Below, piece by piece: positions 1 to 10,742 of a stretch of DNA of 64,000 nucleotides. Position 1 is the first letter of the stretch. Each line of letters begins with the position of its first letter. The position numbers and the translations under genes are program-made. The stretch comes from Podarcis pityusensis. Lineage: Eukaryota. The stretch lies in assembly GCA_964106645.2 (NCBI GenBank), contig OZ067038.1; one strand, given 5' to 3'. The notes beneath the pieces are model-generated. The model was not told the origin of the DNA. It did not search any database and was given only the letters and a program-made list of their open reading frames with translations.

Positions 1-2958
1 GATAATTGTGACAAAGGTACAAGCATTAATACAGTTTGGGATGCAAGTAAAGCTGTAATAAGAGGATATTTTATTCAACAGAATGTGATTAAAAATAAGA
101 ATAGAGAGAAAGGAAAAGAGATAATCTTAAAGCAGATTATGGACAGTGAACAAAAATTAATTAGGAAACCTAACTGTCAGGAAACAAAAGAAAATATCAA
201 AATTTTGCAAGCCCAATTTGCCACAATAATAAACAGAGAAGTAGAGTGGAATATAAAAAGACTAAGACAAAAGAATTTCGAATTTTCAAATAAATCTGGT
301 AAGTGGCTTGCATGGCAAATTAAGAAAAGGAAAGAACAAGGTACAATAAATAGAATTATAAGAGAGGGAGAAGAAGTAACTGACCCAAAAGGAATTAGGA
401 ATGAGTTTCTGAATTACTATAGAAGCCTTTACAAAAATAAAGAGAGAAATAATTTAAGGAGGATAGAGAGATTTTTGAAAAATAAAACGGTGCAGAAAAT
501 CCCAACGGATAAGAAACAACGACTAAATGAGCCAATCGAAATAGAAGAGATAGAGGAGGTAATCAAAGATCTAAAGAGAGGGAAGGCTCCGGGACCTGAT
601 GGATTTACAGCGGGTTATTATAAAGAGATGAAATCTGTTTTGATGAATCCCTTGAAGGAGACTATGAATAACATCTTAAGAAAAGGGGAGATTCCGGAGA
701 CCTGGAAAGAGGCATATATTACCTTTATCCCAAAACAGGACGCAGATCTAACCCAGGTTAAAAACTACAGGCCGATTTCGCTGCTAAATACGGACTATAA
801 AATCTTTGCAGGAATTCTGGCGAGAAGACTGAAGTCTCTACTGGTAGAAACTATCCACAAAGATCAAGCTGGTTTCCTTCCAGGCAGGTATATGAGAGAC
901 AATATAAGAAATATAATTAATATGTTAGATTTCTTATCTGTCAGGATTGATAAACAAGCAATAATGATGTTCGTGGACGCAGAAAAAGCGTTTGATAATG
1001 TAGTGTGGGACTTCATGCTGAAGAATTTGGAACATATGGAAGTGGGCAAGGACTTTTTCAATGGTGTAAAAGCGATATACACAGAGCAAAAAGCTAAATT
1101 GATCATAAATAACATCGTGACAGAAGAAATAAAGATACAGAAAGGTACAAGACAGGGATGTCCACTCTCCCCGCTGCTATTCATAATGGTATTAGAAGTA
1201 CTTCTGAATTCAATTAGGCAAAACGGGAAAATTAAAGGAGTAACAATTGGACAAAATGCCTATAAGATCAAAGCATTTGCAGACGATCTAGTAATAATGA
1301 CGGAAGACCCAATAACTACAATAGAAGAAATCTTAAAGGAGATAGACCAATTTGGGGAAATGGCAGGCTTCAAATTAAACAAGAGGAAAACGAAGATGAT
1401 GGCTAAGAACGTCGATCAAAGTGTAATAGAGACAATCCAACACCAATCACAGATAGAGGTGGTTAGGAAAGTGAAATATCTTGGGATTTGGCTTACGCCC
1501 AAAAATATAGATCTATTTAAAAATAATTATGAGTCGGTGTGGAGAGAAATAAGAAAAGATTTGGAAGTTTGGGGAGGACTGAGACTGTCCTTTTGGGGAA
1601 GGATTAATACCATTAAGATGAATATATTACCGAGGGTACTATTCCTATTTCAGACTATCCCCATAATTAAAGGGAGCCGAACATTTAAAGAATGGCAAAG
1701 AGTGCTTTCAAGATATATCTGGCAGGGCAAAAAACCTCGGATAAAATTTAAATTGTTGACAGATAGAAGGGAAAGGGGAGGATTTGCCCTGCCAGATTTG
1801 AGACTGTATTACGAGGCATCATGCCTCTGTTGGATAAAAGACTGGGTCAAATTAGTGAATAAGGAGCTACTCGATTTAGAGGGCTTCGACAATAGGTTCG
1901 GCTGGCATGCCTACCTATGGTGTGGCAAGAGGAAAGTGCATAAGGGGTTTGAGAATCATATTTTTAGAGGTCCACTTATTGAAACATGGGAAAGGTATAA
2001 AAACATACTAGAACCTAAAATACCGCACTGGCTCTCACCCCTTGAAATGATGAGTGTCAAGAAAACCAATATGAGAAGTGATTGGGCAACATATGGTCAA
2101 CTGTTAATGAAAGATGATGGGAAATGGAAACTAAAGCCATATGAGCAGGTTAAGGAGTATGTGTATGATTGGCTCCATTACTTCCAAGTCAATGAGATGT
2201 TTAGAAAAGAGATCAAAGATAGAGGGTATGCAGATAAAGAATCAAAATTTCAGATGGAAATCATAAACAACGATGTGAAAATAATATCTAAAATGTATAA
2301 GATATTGCTGGATTGGAACTTGGGAGATGAGGAAGTTAAAACAGTGATGATTGGATGGGCTAGAGATGTGGGTCACAACATACAATTTGAGGATTGGGAG
2401 AATCTATGGAAGGAAGGTTTGGACTTTACGGCGTGTATAACGGTGAAAGAGAACGTTATGAAGATGTTTTACAGGTGGTATATAACACCTGCGAAACTAT
2501 CGAAAATGTATAAAGTAGATAGCAAATGCTGGAAATGTGAAGAGAAGGAGGGCTCCTTTTACCACATGTGGTGGGAGTGTGGGAGAGTGAGAGAATTCTG
2601 GGAAAAAATATACAATGAACTAAAGAAGGTGTTAAAGTATACGTTTATAAAAAAACCTGAAATATTCCTGTTGGGGATATTAGGGAACGAAATAAAAAAG
2701 AAAGATCATAAATTTGTATATTATGCAGTTACAGCAGCAAGGATAACCCTCGCCAAGAAGTGGAAAAAACAGGAAATACCAACAATAGAGGAGTGGAGAT
2801 TAAAGTTATTAGACTACGCGGACTTAGATAGATTGACGGGAAAGATTAGATATCTAAGAGACCAAAAGTTTATCAAGGAATGGGGAAAATATGTAGATTA
2901 CCTGGAACATATTAGCAAAGGACAAATAACGTTAAGGGGATTCAGAGAAGTACTGTGA
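1..2958 (+). CDS. L1-clade non-LTR retrotransposon ORF2 (reverse transcriptase + C-terminal CCHC knuckle), 5'-incomplete in window
   Basis: Frame is open from base 1 (DNCDKGTSINTVWDASKAVIRGYF..., an L1-type W..KA..RG motif) to TGA at 2956-2958; the track's start at 85 is a GTG. RT motifs GKAPGPDGF, NYRPISLLNTDYKIFA, QAGF, DAEKAFD, GTRQGCPLSPLLF, FADD, YLG; C-x2-C-x8-H-x4-C knuckle (CWKCEEKEGSFYHMWWEC). The endonuclease domain would lie upstream of the window. Confidence 0.96.
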   Translation, partial: DNCDKGTSINTVWDASKAVIRGYFIQQNVIKNKNREKGKEIILKQIMDSEQKLIRKPNCQETKENIKILQAQFATIINREVEWNIKRLRQKNFEFSNKSGKWLAWQIKKRKEQGTINRIIREGEEVTDPKGIRNEFLNYYRSLYKNKERNNLRRIERFLKNKTVQKIPTDKKQRLNEPIEIEEIEEVIKDLKRGKAPGPDGFTAGYYKEMKSVLMNPLKETMNNILRKGEIPETWKEAYITFIPKQDADLTQVKNYRPISLLNTDYKIFAGILARRLKSLLVETIHKDQAGFLPGRYMRDNIRNIINMLDFLSVRIDKQAIMMFVDAEKAFDNVVWDFMLKNLEHMEVGKDFFNGVKAIYTEQKAKLIINNIVTEEIKIQKGTRQGCPLSPLLFIMVLEVLLNSIRQNGKIKGVTIGQNAYKIKAFADDLVIMTEDPITTIEEILKEIDQFGEMAGFKLNKRKTKMMAKNVDQSVIETIQHQSQIEVVRKVKYLGIWLTPKNIDLFKNNYESVWREIRKDLEVWGGLRLSFWGRINTIKMNILPRVLFLFQTIPIIKGSRTFKEWQRVLSRYIWQGKKPRIKFKLLTDRRERGGFALPDLRLYYEASCLCWIKDWVKLVNKELLDLEGFDNRFGWHAYLWCGKRKVHKGFENHIFRGPLIETWERYKNILEPKIPHWLSPLEMMSVKKTNMRSDWATYGQLLMKDDGKWKLKPYEQVKEYVYDWLHYFQVNEMFRKEIKDRGYADKESKFQMEIINNDVKIISKMYKILLDWNLGDEEVKTVMIGWARDVGHNIQFEDWENLWKEGLDFTACITVKENVMKMFYRWYITPAKLSKMYKVDSKCWKCEEKEGSFYHMWWECGRVREFWEKIYNELKKVLKYTFIKKPEIFLLGILGNEIKKKDHKFVYYAVTAARITLAKKWKKQEIPTIEEWRLKLLDYADLDRLTGKIRYLRDQKFIKEWGKYVDYLEHISKGQITLRGFREVL

Positions 2959-3253
2959 AAGACTAAGAGTTATTGTTTAATGAAAATAGAAGAAGAGAAA
3001 TGTATAATGACAATACAAACCAGGTAATGCGTAATTTTGATTTCTACTACGGAAGATTTACGGACGAGCTGAAGGAAGCCCAGAAAGAAATGACAATGTA
3101 AAATTGTAGGTGAAAACTTCTTTATTGTGTATATTGTTTATTGGTTTTGTGTTTTGTTGTTGTTTTTCTTTTTGTTTGTTGTATGTGGTTTTCCTTTTCT
3201 GTTTTTTTTTCTCTTTGAAAAATCAATAAATATTTATCTGGAAAAAAAAAAAA
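1..3253 (+). mobile_element. Young L1-clade LINE, 3' portion with 3' UTR and poly(A) tail
   Basis: Intact ORF2, T-rich 3' UTR 2959-3240, AATAAA at 3225-3230, A12 tail at 3242-3253. Confidence 0.95.
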
Positions 3254-3392
3254 GAAGATGGCTATCATATCACCTCTTGGTCTTCTCTTCTCCAGGCAAA
3301 ACATATCCAGCTACCTGAACTGTTCCTCATAAGGCTTGGTTTCCAGACCTTTTATCATCTTGATCACCCTCCTCTGCACATGTTCCAGCTGG
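3254..3392 (-). mobile_element. CR1 LINE 3' ORF2 fragment (target of the L1 insertion)
   Basis: Minus strand encodes MFCLEKRRPRGDMIAIF, matching the CR1 ORF2 C-terminal motif LFSLEKRRLRGD(M/L)I. It is cut at the L1 poly(A). Confidence 0.8.
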
Positions 3393-3611
3393 TCTCATTC
3401 CTGTACATGTTCTGCCTCATTCACTTACTTGCCAGAACAAGAAGGATTCATCAGTTCCTCTTGTGCTTCATCAGATGATGTCACCGTTTCTGCTCTGAAA
3501 GAAAAGGTCCTGTATCTTTGGTCCCTTGTTTGATCACTGCTACATCACCGGCAGGCAACAAGGCATTGGTAGCAATTTGTGTGGGAAGTCTGAGACCAAG
3601 ATGAGCATGGA

Positions 3612-3873
3612 AAGTGCCAGCGTTGTGTTGTGGTTAAGAATGGTGGACTCATAATCTGGCAAACCAGGTTCGATTCCCCACTCCTCCACATGCAGCTGCT
3701 GGGTGACCTTGGGCTAGTCACACTTCTCTGAAGTCTCTCAGCCTCACTCACCTCACAGAGTGTTTGTTGTGGGGGAGGAAAGGAAAGGGGATTGTTAGCC
3801 GCTTTGAAACTCCTTAAGGGGAGTGAAAGGCAGGATATCAAGCCCAAACTCTTCTTCTCTTCTTCTTCTTCTT
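3612..3873 (+). mobile_element. tRNA-derived SINE, Squam3-like
   Basis: A-box-like TGTGGTTAAG, B-box GGTTCGATTCC (3667-3677), body GCTGGGTGACCTTGGGCTAGTCAC, L2-like 3' end and (CTT)n tail. Confidence 0.85.
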
Positions 3874-4062
3874 CCACTTCAAGCATCAGGTATAGAATGA
3901 AGGCTGCTGCTAAAACAGTTGATATTTATGTCACCTTATCATTATAGGCTTTGGCTTATTTCTTACTAAATCACACAACTACCTTTGGGTCACCTTTTAA
4001 TCATGCAACTATCGAAGACTAACTTCTTCCATATGAATCTACACAAACTATAACTTCTTCTT

Positions 4063-4890
4063 CAGTGGACCTGCTTTGAGTGACCCTCTAAATGAAGGAA
4101 GGTGTGGACTACCAGGAGAGGATCTTTTTGGTTGTGGCTCCCTGGTGACAATACAGCCTTCCCAGATAGGCACCATCTTTGTATCTTATGGTTGCCTGGT
4201 GAAAACCCTTTCAGATGCCATGTGAAAATAACTTATGTTTTAGAGTCTGATCCTTTAAGTTGTTTTTTTTAAATAAAATAACACCCTGTGATTTAATTGT
4301 GTTTTTTAAAAAAATTTTAAGTGTGATATAATTTTATATAATTCTGACTGAGAGGGGTGGAGAGAGAGAGGAGCAGAACAGGATGATCAAGAAGACAGTG
4401 GTGACAACTGTTATTACGAACCTGACATCGAATATTCTGAATTTTTTGGATTGCCAGAAGAAGATGATGCTCCAATTAAGAGAAGAAATACTGTAATGTA
4501 TTTTCCCAAATACACAGAACAGTGGACTGACCTGCTCCCTGCCTTGCAGGCCTTTTCCCACCTGGCCTGGGACCGTAGGTCCCGGACAGACTCCAGCTAC
4601 AAAAGCTGAGGCTGGTGAAGAAACTCTTGGGCTGGGGTGTTGTTTGGGGGCTGGGGGTGGGTTGCAGAAGGGGGTTGTTGCTCCTGTTGCTGCCATTTTC
4701 TTTGTATCTTCATTTTAGATTTGATTTAGGTGGAAATTGTTCAGTTTGGTTGTGCATTTTAAAAATGTTTTATTCTTGTTTATGACTGCTTTTCTTGTAG
4801 TTAAGTATTTTTTTTTCATGTAGTGAACCACCTTGAGCATGGTTTAAACTGTGGAAAGGCAGCATTCAAATAAAATTATGTATGTATGCA
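4063..4890 (+). mobile_element. Decayed L2-type LINE 3' end(s) with an unclassified internal segment (about 4340-4700)
   Basis: ACCAGGAGAGGATCTTTTTGGTTGTGGCTCCCTGG resembles the L2 RAFSV.AP.LWN region; tail GAACCACCTTGAG...GAAAGGCAGCATTCAAATAAA followed by (TATG)n. Confidence 0.5.
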
Positions 4891-6218
4891 GTAGCTCTTA
4901 TTATTTTATATTATTTCAGCCCCAGCCAGCACAGCCAATGGTTAGGAAAGATGAGAGTTATAGCTGAGAAACCTCTGGTGGACCACAGGTTTCCTATCCC
5001 TGTTTGATCATTGTGTTTTAATTGTTCTATTTGTTTTGTGATTCACCCAGAGTACTGTTATCCAGAGTTCTTCAGCTATATACTCCCAGTATGTCAGTCA
5101 GTCGGTCAATAATTAGGAAGATGGCACTTGCTCTTGCTGTACAATAAAACAATGCATTGCCGTTCCAAGTGCTTATGTTGTTAAGCCGCTGAACATCTCT
5201 TGGGTAAGAATGTTGAACTGCTTACATGATAAGCTAATTACTCATCTTCTTGCATTTTTTTTCAGACTCGTAAAACTTCAGTGTAACATGATCACACACA
5301 AATCTGATTCCCTTCCCAGTTCAACACAACTAGCATCTAATAGCACTGTCTTCATCAATCTGGTATCCTATAGAAATATAGAAATACTTTATTGTCACTG
5401 TACCACTTGCTTACAGTGAGATTAAACGAGTACAAAACATCCTCCAGATGTTTTGTACTCTGACTCCCATCAGACCCAGCCCGAGCCCCCAACATCTGGA
5501 TGGTAGTAGCCTGCACTAGGGTGTTGTTATATGTAACAGTAAAGCAAAACCTAAATCCCTTGACAATTGACACCTATGGTCTCCCCCACCCCATGCCATT
5601 ATTCCCACTTTCTGTAACTGATATTCAACAAAGGATCCTCCACTTTTAAGACCCTTGCTTAACATATTTTTATTTATTTTTTAGGGACATGGATCACAGA
5701 CTTTGTTTTTTTTAAAAAAAAATCTATTTGGAACTCGATCAATGCACATTTGACTTTTTACCTTATTTATTGCGCTTCTGTGCATGAATTATAACTTAAT
5801 GGCTGGCATGCTTTGAATTCCTTAGCATGTTTTTTATACCTAATAAGTGAATCATCCTGCGTGTGTGCATTTTAAGGCAGTCTTTATAAGTCCTGTGTTT
5901 GAACATCTGTCAAGGGATGGAGATTAGCTGAATAGATACAGGATGCAAGTATATTCTATTCTCTGTTATCCTGTATACTGCAATTATCTTGATCCTCAAA
6001 CAACTCTGTGACAGTTACAGCCACTTTTGCAGACTTGTTATTACTGCAAATTCAGAAATTTATTTTACTTGAATCTAAATTAAATTGATATGTAACAAGG
6101 CTCTACCCCCCATTTCTTTCCATTGCAAAATTATATTTTAAATGTCCTTACCTTCATATGATACAGTATCGTTTATAAATGCTTTATAGTGTTGTATTGT
6201 ATCTACCGGTACATCTTT

Positions 6219-6595
6219 GGGACGTGGGTGGTGTTATAGTGTTGTATTGTATCTACCGATACATCTTTGGGACATCCAGGGCTTGCCGATCAGAAGGTTG
6301 GCGGTTCGAATCCCCGTGAAGGGGTGAGCTCCCGTTGCTCGGTCCCTGCTTCTGCCAACCTAGCAGTTTGAAAGCACGTCAAAGTGCAAGTAGATAAATA
6401 GGTACCACTCCGGCGGGAAGGTAAATGGCATTTCCATGTGCTGCTCTGGTTCGCCAGAAGCGGCTTAGTCATGCTGGCCACATGACCCGGAAGCTGTACG
6501 CCGGCTCCCTCAGCCAATAAAGCAAGATGAGCGCCGCAACCCCAGAGTCGGTCACGACTGGACCTAATGGTCAGGGGTCGCTTTACCTTTTACCT
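6219..6595 (+). mobile_element. Sauria SINE (Squam1-type), with rearranged head
   Basis: GGGACGTGGGTGG head, B-box GGTTCGAATCC, GCCAACCTAGCAGTTTGAAAGCAC core, (ACCTTT)n tail; flanking TACATCTTT at 6210-6218 and 6599-6607 (TSD). Confidence 0.92.
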
Positions 6596-6609
6596 ATCTA
6601 CATCTTTAT

Positions 6610-7097
6610 AGGTAAAGGTAAAGGACCCCTAGACGGTTAAGTCCAGTCAAAGGCAACAATGGGGTGTGTCGCTCATCTCGCTTCAGGCCAAGGGAGACGG
6701 CGTTTGTCCGCAGATAGCTTTCTGGGCCATGTAGCCAGCATGACTAAACCGCTTCTGGTGCAACGGAACACAGTGATGAGTGTCAGAGCGCATGGAAACA
6801 CCAGTTACCTTCCCCTCGCAGCGGTACTTTTTTATTTATTTAAACAGCATTTCTGTGTGCTCTGGTTTCCGTCACAATGTTTCATTTCTCCAGAAGCAGT
6901 TTGGTCATGCTGGCCACATGATCCGGAATGCTGTCTGTGGACAAACACCGGCTCCCTTGGCCTGAAAGCGAGATGAGTGCCGCAACCCCATAGTCGCCTT
7001 TGACTGGACTTAACCATCCAGGGATCCTTTACCTTTACCTTTTATCTACTTATTTATCTACTCGCACTGGTATGTTTTTGAACTGCTAGGTTGGCAG
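6610..7097 (-). mobile_element. Sauria SINE (minus strand, 5'-truncated), split by a nested SINE
   Basis: Begins AGGTAAAGGTAAAGG (reverse tail), breaks at about 6840 and resumes TATTTATCTACTCGCAC...GAACTGCTAGGTTGGCAG at about 7050-7097. Confidence 0.88.
6841..7043 (+). mobile_element. 5'-truncated Sauria SINE nested in the previous SINE
   Basis: GTCATGCTGGCCACATGA...GAGATGAGTGCCGCAACCCC...CCTTTACCTTTACC; collinear with the 3' half of 6219-6595. Confidence 0.88.
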
Positions 7098-7890
7098 TTT
7101 GGAATATACCATTTCTGGGCTTGATGAAAAAAAAAATCATTCACACAGTTGTTAATAAAGAAAATTAGCAGAATTGATTCCATTGGCCTGGGTGTGTGTG
7201 AACCTTTTATTCCATTATTTCGTTCTTTCATTAAGGATTCTTTTTTAGAAGCATTCTGAAATCCTGAACCAAAAGTTAGTAAGGGGGAGGAAATGAAAGC
7301 ATTGCTTGTTAGGTTATGTGAGTTTAAGGCTGAAATCCTACACACACTTATCTGGGAGTAAGTCTCATTGCTCAACAAAGTCTACGATTTGACTGTGAAC
7401 TACGCTCTTCTAAAACTCAGTGATGGGCTGTAGTTACATAGAACCCCCTGCTCCGGGATCCTATTAATTACCTCATCTAGCAGGCCTGATCCAGCAGGCT
7501 CTCCTTATGGACTTGGTAACTGGACACACCTACTTGCTTTCTTTTCTCTATTACTGCAACTTGCCATCAGTATTCCAGCTGCTGGAACAATCTTTGGTTC
7601 CGTCTATGACTCCCACTTCTCCAGTGTTTCCTGAGCTCCTATTCTTCTTCATTTCTATTCACCACAACTCCCATCACTGCTGGCAATTGACCATGGTGGC
7701 TGGAGCTGATGGAAGTGTGAGGTCAACAACATCCAGAGGGCCATAGGCTCCTCATCACAGCATCAAAACTGACTTTGAACCTGTCCTATCCTAAGGGTGG
7801 GATTCAGCTACGTTTTACACAGAGGAGACTCCCTAAAATTGATGACCATGACTAAGTTATATCCATTAATTTCAGTGGGTAATTCTGAGA

Positions 7891-8067
7891 CAGTGGTTTC
7901 CAATTAGTCTGAGGACCCCATGGGGTCCACATAAACCACTCAGGGGGTACATGGCACCATTCACATAACAAAAACTACACTAGAGATATCAAAACTTTCA
8001 AAAGTAAGGAGTCCATGGCTTTTGAAAAACAAGGGGCCGACAGTCCTTAGCTAATTTAGAACCACTG
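7891..8067. mobile_element. hAT-type MITE nested in an older palindromic MITE (about 7795-8098)
   Basis: Termini CAGTGGTT...AACCACTG; 8-bp flanks TTCTGAGA/CTCTGAGT (2 mismatches); outer element GGGTGGGATTC...GAATACCACCC. Confidence 0.7.
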
Positions 8068-8764
8068 CTCTGAGTAAAGCATAGTGGAATACCACCCTAA
8101 GATTTCATGTGGCAGCAAACTGCATAATGCACATAACTCTTCAACACAGTCTGGCCACATTGATGTCAGTAATGACACTTCATGGACAGACTCTCATTGT
8201 CCCATACTGGAATATCTCATTAGTTAACCGACTGTAACTTATGACTTCTATGCAACTCTATGTCAATGCAGCCATACCCAAATGGCTACACACTTAGCCA
8301 AGTGTCTCATTATCCACACGTTTTGGATGTCCTCCAGACTATTTGGATAAATGAAGATGTGCTTTATAGCACTGCTTAATTTGTAGAATGAATTCTCACA
8401 TTATTGATTTTTTTGATTTTTTTACTTCAAAACCACAACCACTCTATGGTAAAATCACGTGAGCCTTTTCACAACCTTGAATCTTTACTTAAAAGATTAA
8501 AATTGCATCATAATATAATGATGATATCACAATGCAATTATTAACTTTCTTTCTGAAATAAAGAATTTAAATTTGGCACCAGCTGCCAATAAAAGAGTTT
8601 CATTGTACTTTGTTATCTAGTTATAAAAGGCCCTTGGGCTGGCAGATGCTTCAATACACATTTATTTGCCTATTATCTTTTTTTTCTTTTTTGTGGCCCG
8701 ATTGTATAACCTCCCAGTCAGTCATTTCTGATAAATTGAAACGAAGGACCTATCATAGACATAT

Positions 8765-8833
8765 TTAGATAGATAGATGAATGATAGATGGATGATAGAT
8801 AGATGACAGACAGACAGACAGATGATAGATAGA
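8765..8833. repeat. (GATA)n/(GACA)n microsatellite
   Basis: Direct reading. Confidence 0.9.
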
Positions 8834-9204
8834 AATAATTTGTGTCATTATCAACAACAAATATAGTTTGATAACAGTTATGGAAATACAGAATATGCAG
8901 TCAAAGACTATATGCAGATATTTTCATCTCTCTCTGTGTTAAAAACCTTCTAAAAATACAACTGCCATTTCCCTAAAGTACATAATGATGATTTCCAGTA
9001 ATTTTTGCAGGTTACCATCAGCCCATTAATGTACATGGGCAGTATTTTTCAAATAACACAGACTTTATCTATGCATTATGATGACAGAAAGTGGGTAGGG
9101 TTTTACTTTAGTGTATTTTATTGTATTTAGGCTTACAGCCTTTTGAATCTGTCTCCCCCAACTGGGTTCATCTTGAGGGAAAGTGGCTATGAGAATCCTA
9201 TGTG

Positions 9205-9700
9205 GTCGAACCGCATAGCACCAATCTTGAAGCACTTGTACTTTCTGCCTATATGTGACCAGGCTGCATATGTGCCACCAAGCCTGAATCTAGATGTTGC
9301 TATTAGCATGTATGCTACATGACTTGAGACTCAAGTATATTGAGCAGTGTCTCCACCAGAATGGGGTGGAGTTAGCCTTGCTTCTGCTTACCAGAAGAAG
9401 AAGAGGGTCTAGCTGGCACTGAGGTCAGGCCTGTGTGAGTACACCAGCAGAGTCTATCTGGTGCTCGCACTGGTGACCTTGGCAATAGTTCACTCCTCCC
9501 CTCATTTCTGGCATTGTGGCTCTGCTCCACCAGGTGAGACATTTCTAGTATCAACCTGCCCATGAGTTAAGATCAGCAGGAGAGGGCCTTATTGTTGTTC
9601 CATCACTGAGAAAAACTTAAGGTGCAGTGGCACAGAATAGGGTCTTCTCTGTGGCAGCACCTCCTTTATGGAATTCTCTCACCCATGAGGTGCATCTAGA
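9205..9700 (+). mobile_element. Decayed L2 LINE 3' fragment with internal insertion
   Basis: CGCATAGCACCAATCTTGAAGCACTTG (HITP.L..LHWLP-like) and AGGGTCTTCTCTGTGGCAGCACCTCCTTTATGGAATTCTCTC (RAFSVAAP.LWNSL-like). Confidence 0.65.
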
Positions 9701-10306
9701 TGTTATTTTTCTCTGACACACATCAGCCAGTAGGGTGATGAAAGTTGGAGTCCAGCAACATTTGAAGGGCCAAAGGTTCTCCACCCCTGCTCTAAACCAA
9801 AATTTGGAGGTTCAGGATGTATGTACTTGTTCTTTCCCTTCCGATTTTCCCTCCTTCCTTTCCTATCATGAGTTGATTTCGCCTTTCCTTCCTTAGGTTA
9901 AGAATATTCCTAGGTAAGTTATGAGACCACATTGGCTTTTTAAATCTGAGCTGTATAAGAGCATGATGTTCACCTCATATTCAAAGCAAGCATTATGAGT
10001 TGCTGAGATTCCTCTTTATCAGCCAGGAAATGCAAATCGTGAAAACATTGCAATTCAAAACCATGGTTTGAAATGGGTTTTCAAACTATGGTTGGGAAAC
10101 AATCATGGTTAATGCTAGCTGTAGTTTACCCAGGTTGGATGTTGGCAAATTTTGGTTATAGGAAAATAGGCAAATGAGGTGTCTGAAGGAAGAGGAATTT
10201 TGTAATGAGCCAACAACATGCTCCTGATTCTCCCATCCATGAGGTCTAAGCTGGACCTAGAAGTTATTTATATGGAAGAGAAAACAGAGAAATGAGACAT
10301 GCACAG

Positions 10307-10307
<1 letters not shown>

Positions 10308-10385
<78 letters not shown>
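10308..10385. repeat. Compound (TC)n(AC)n microsatellite
   Basis: Direct reading. Confidence 0.95.
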
Positions 10386-10386
<1 letters not shown>

Positions 10387-10685
10387 CTCCCCACCCCCTC
10401 TCTCTGAAGGGATGGTTTTACATTTGCAACTGCATTTTAGAGATCAAATGAATTAAACCCCCGAGTAGAGCTGGGAGGGTGACCACATCAAAGGGATTTT
10501 TAATTGAAAAATAAGCCAACAACAAAAGACAATTATTTATACAAATGTTTTCAATCCAAAGTATCTGATTATATATGAGAAGGAATGACACCTGTTAAAC
10601 GAAACCATTTAACTTTTTTAATGCATGCTGCCTCTGTCTTTACAATTTCCTTTCTCCTGAGAAATAAACAGTTCATTATATGTGT

Positions 10686-10686
10686 C

Positions 10687-10723
<37 letters not shown>

Positions 10724-10742
10724 ACGCGCTTATGTGTGTGCA
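10686..10742. repeat. (TA)n(TG)n microsatellite with CG run (alternating purine-pyrimidine)
   Basis: Direct reading. Confidence 0.9.

Noticed and set aside
85-2958. Treating the 957-aa ORF as a host gene starting at 85
   Set aside because: The start is a GTG inside a frame already open from base 1; all motifs are L1 ORF2.
3120-3216. MALAT1-like triple helix in the L1 3' UTR (TTTTTCTTTT and TTTTCCTTTT tracts near poly(A))
   Set aside because: No flanking Watson-Crick stems; simple T-rich UTR.
3612-3690. tRNA genes at GGTTCGA(A/T)TCC motifs (also about 6303, 36522)
   Set aside because: These are tRNA-derived SINE heads followed by SINE bodies and tails; no cloverleaf.
5204-5265. GTAAGA...GCTAAT...TTTTTTTTCAG mini-intron
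   Set aside because: Only 62 nt (short for a vertebrate) and the flanks encode nothing recognisable.
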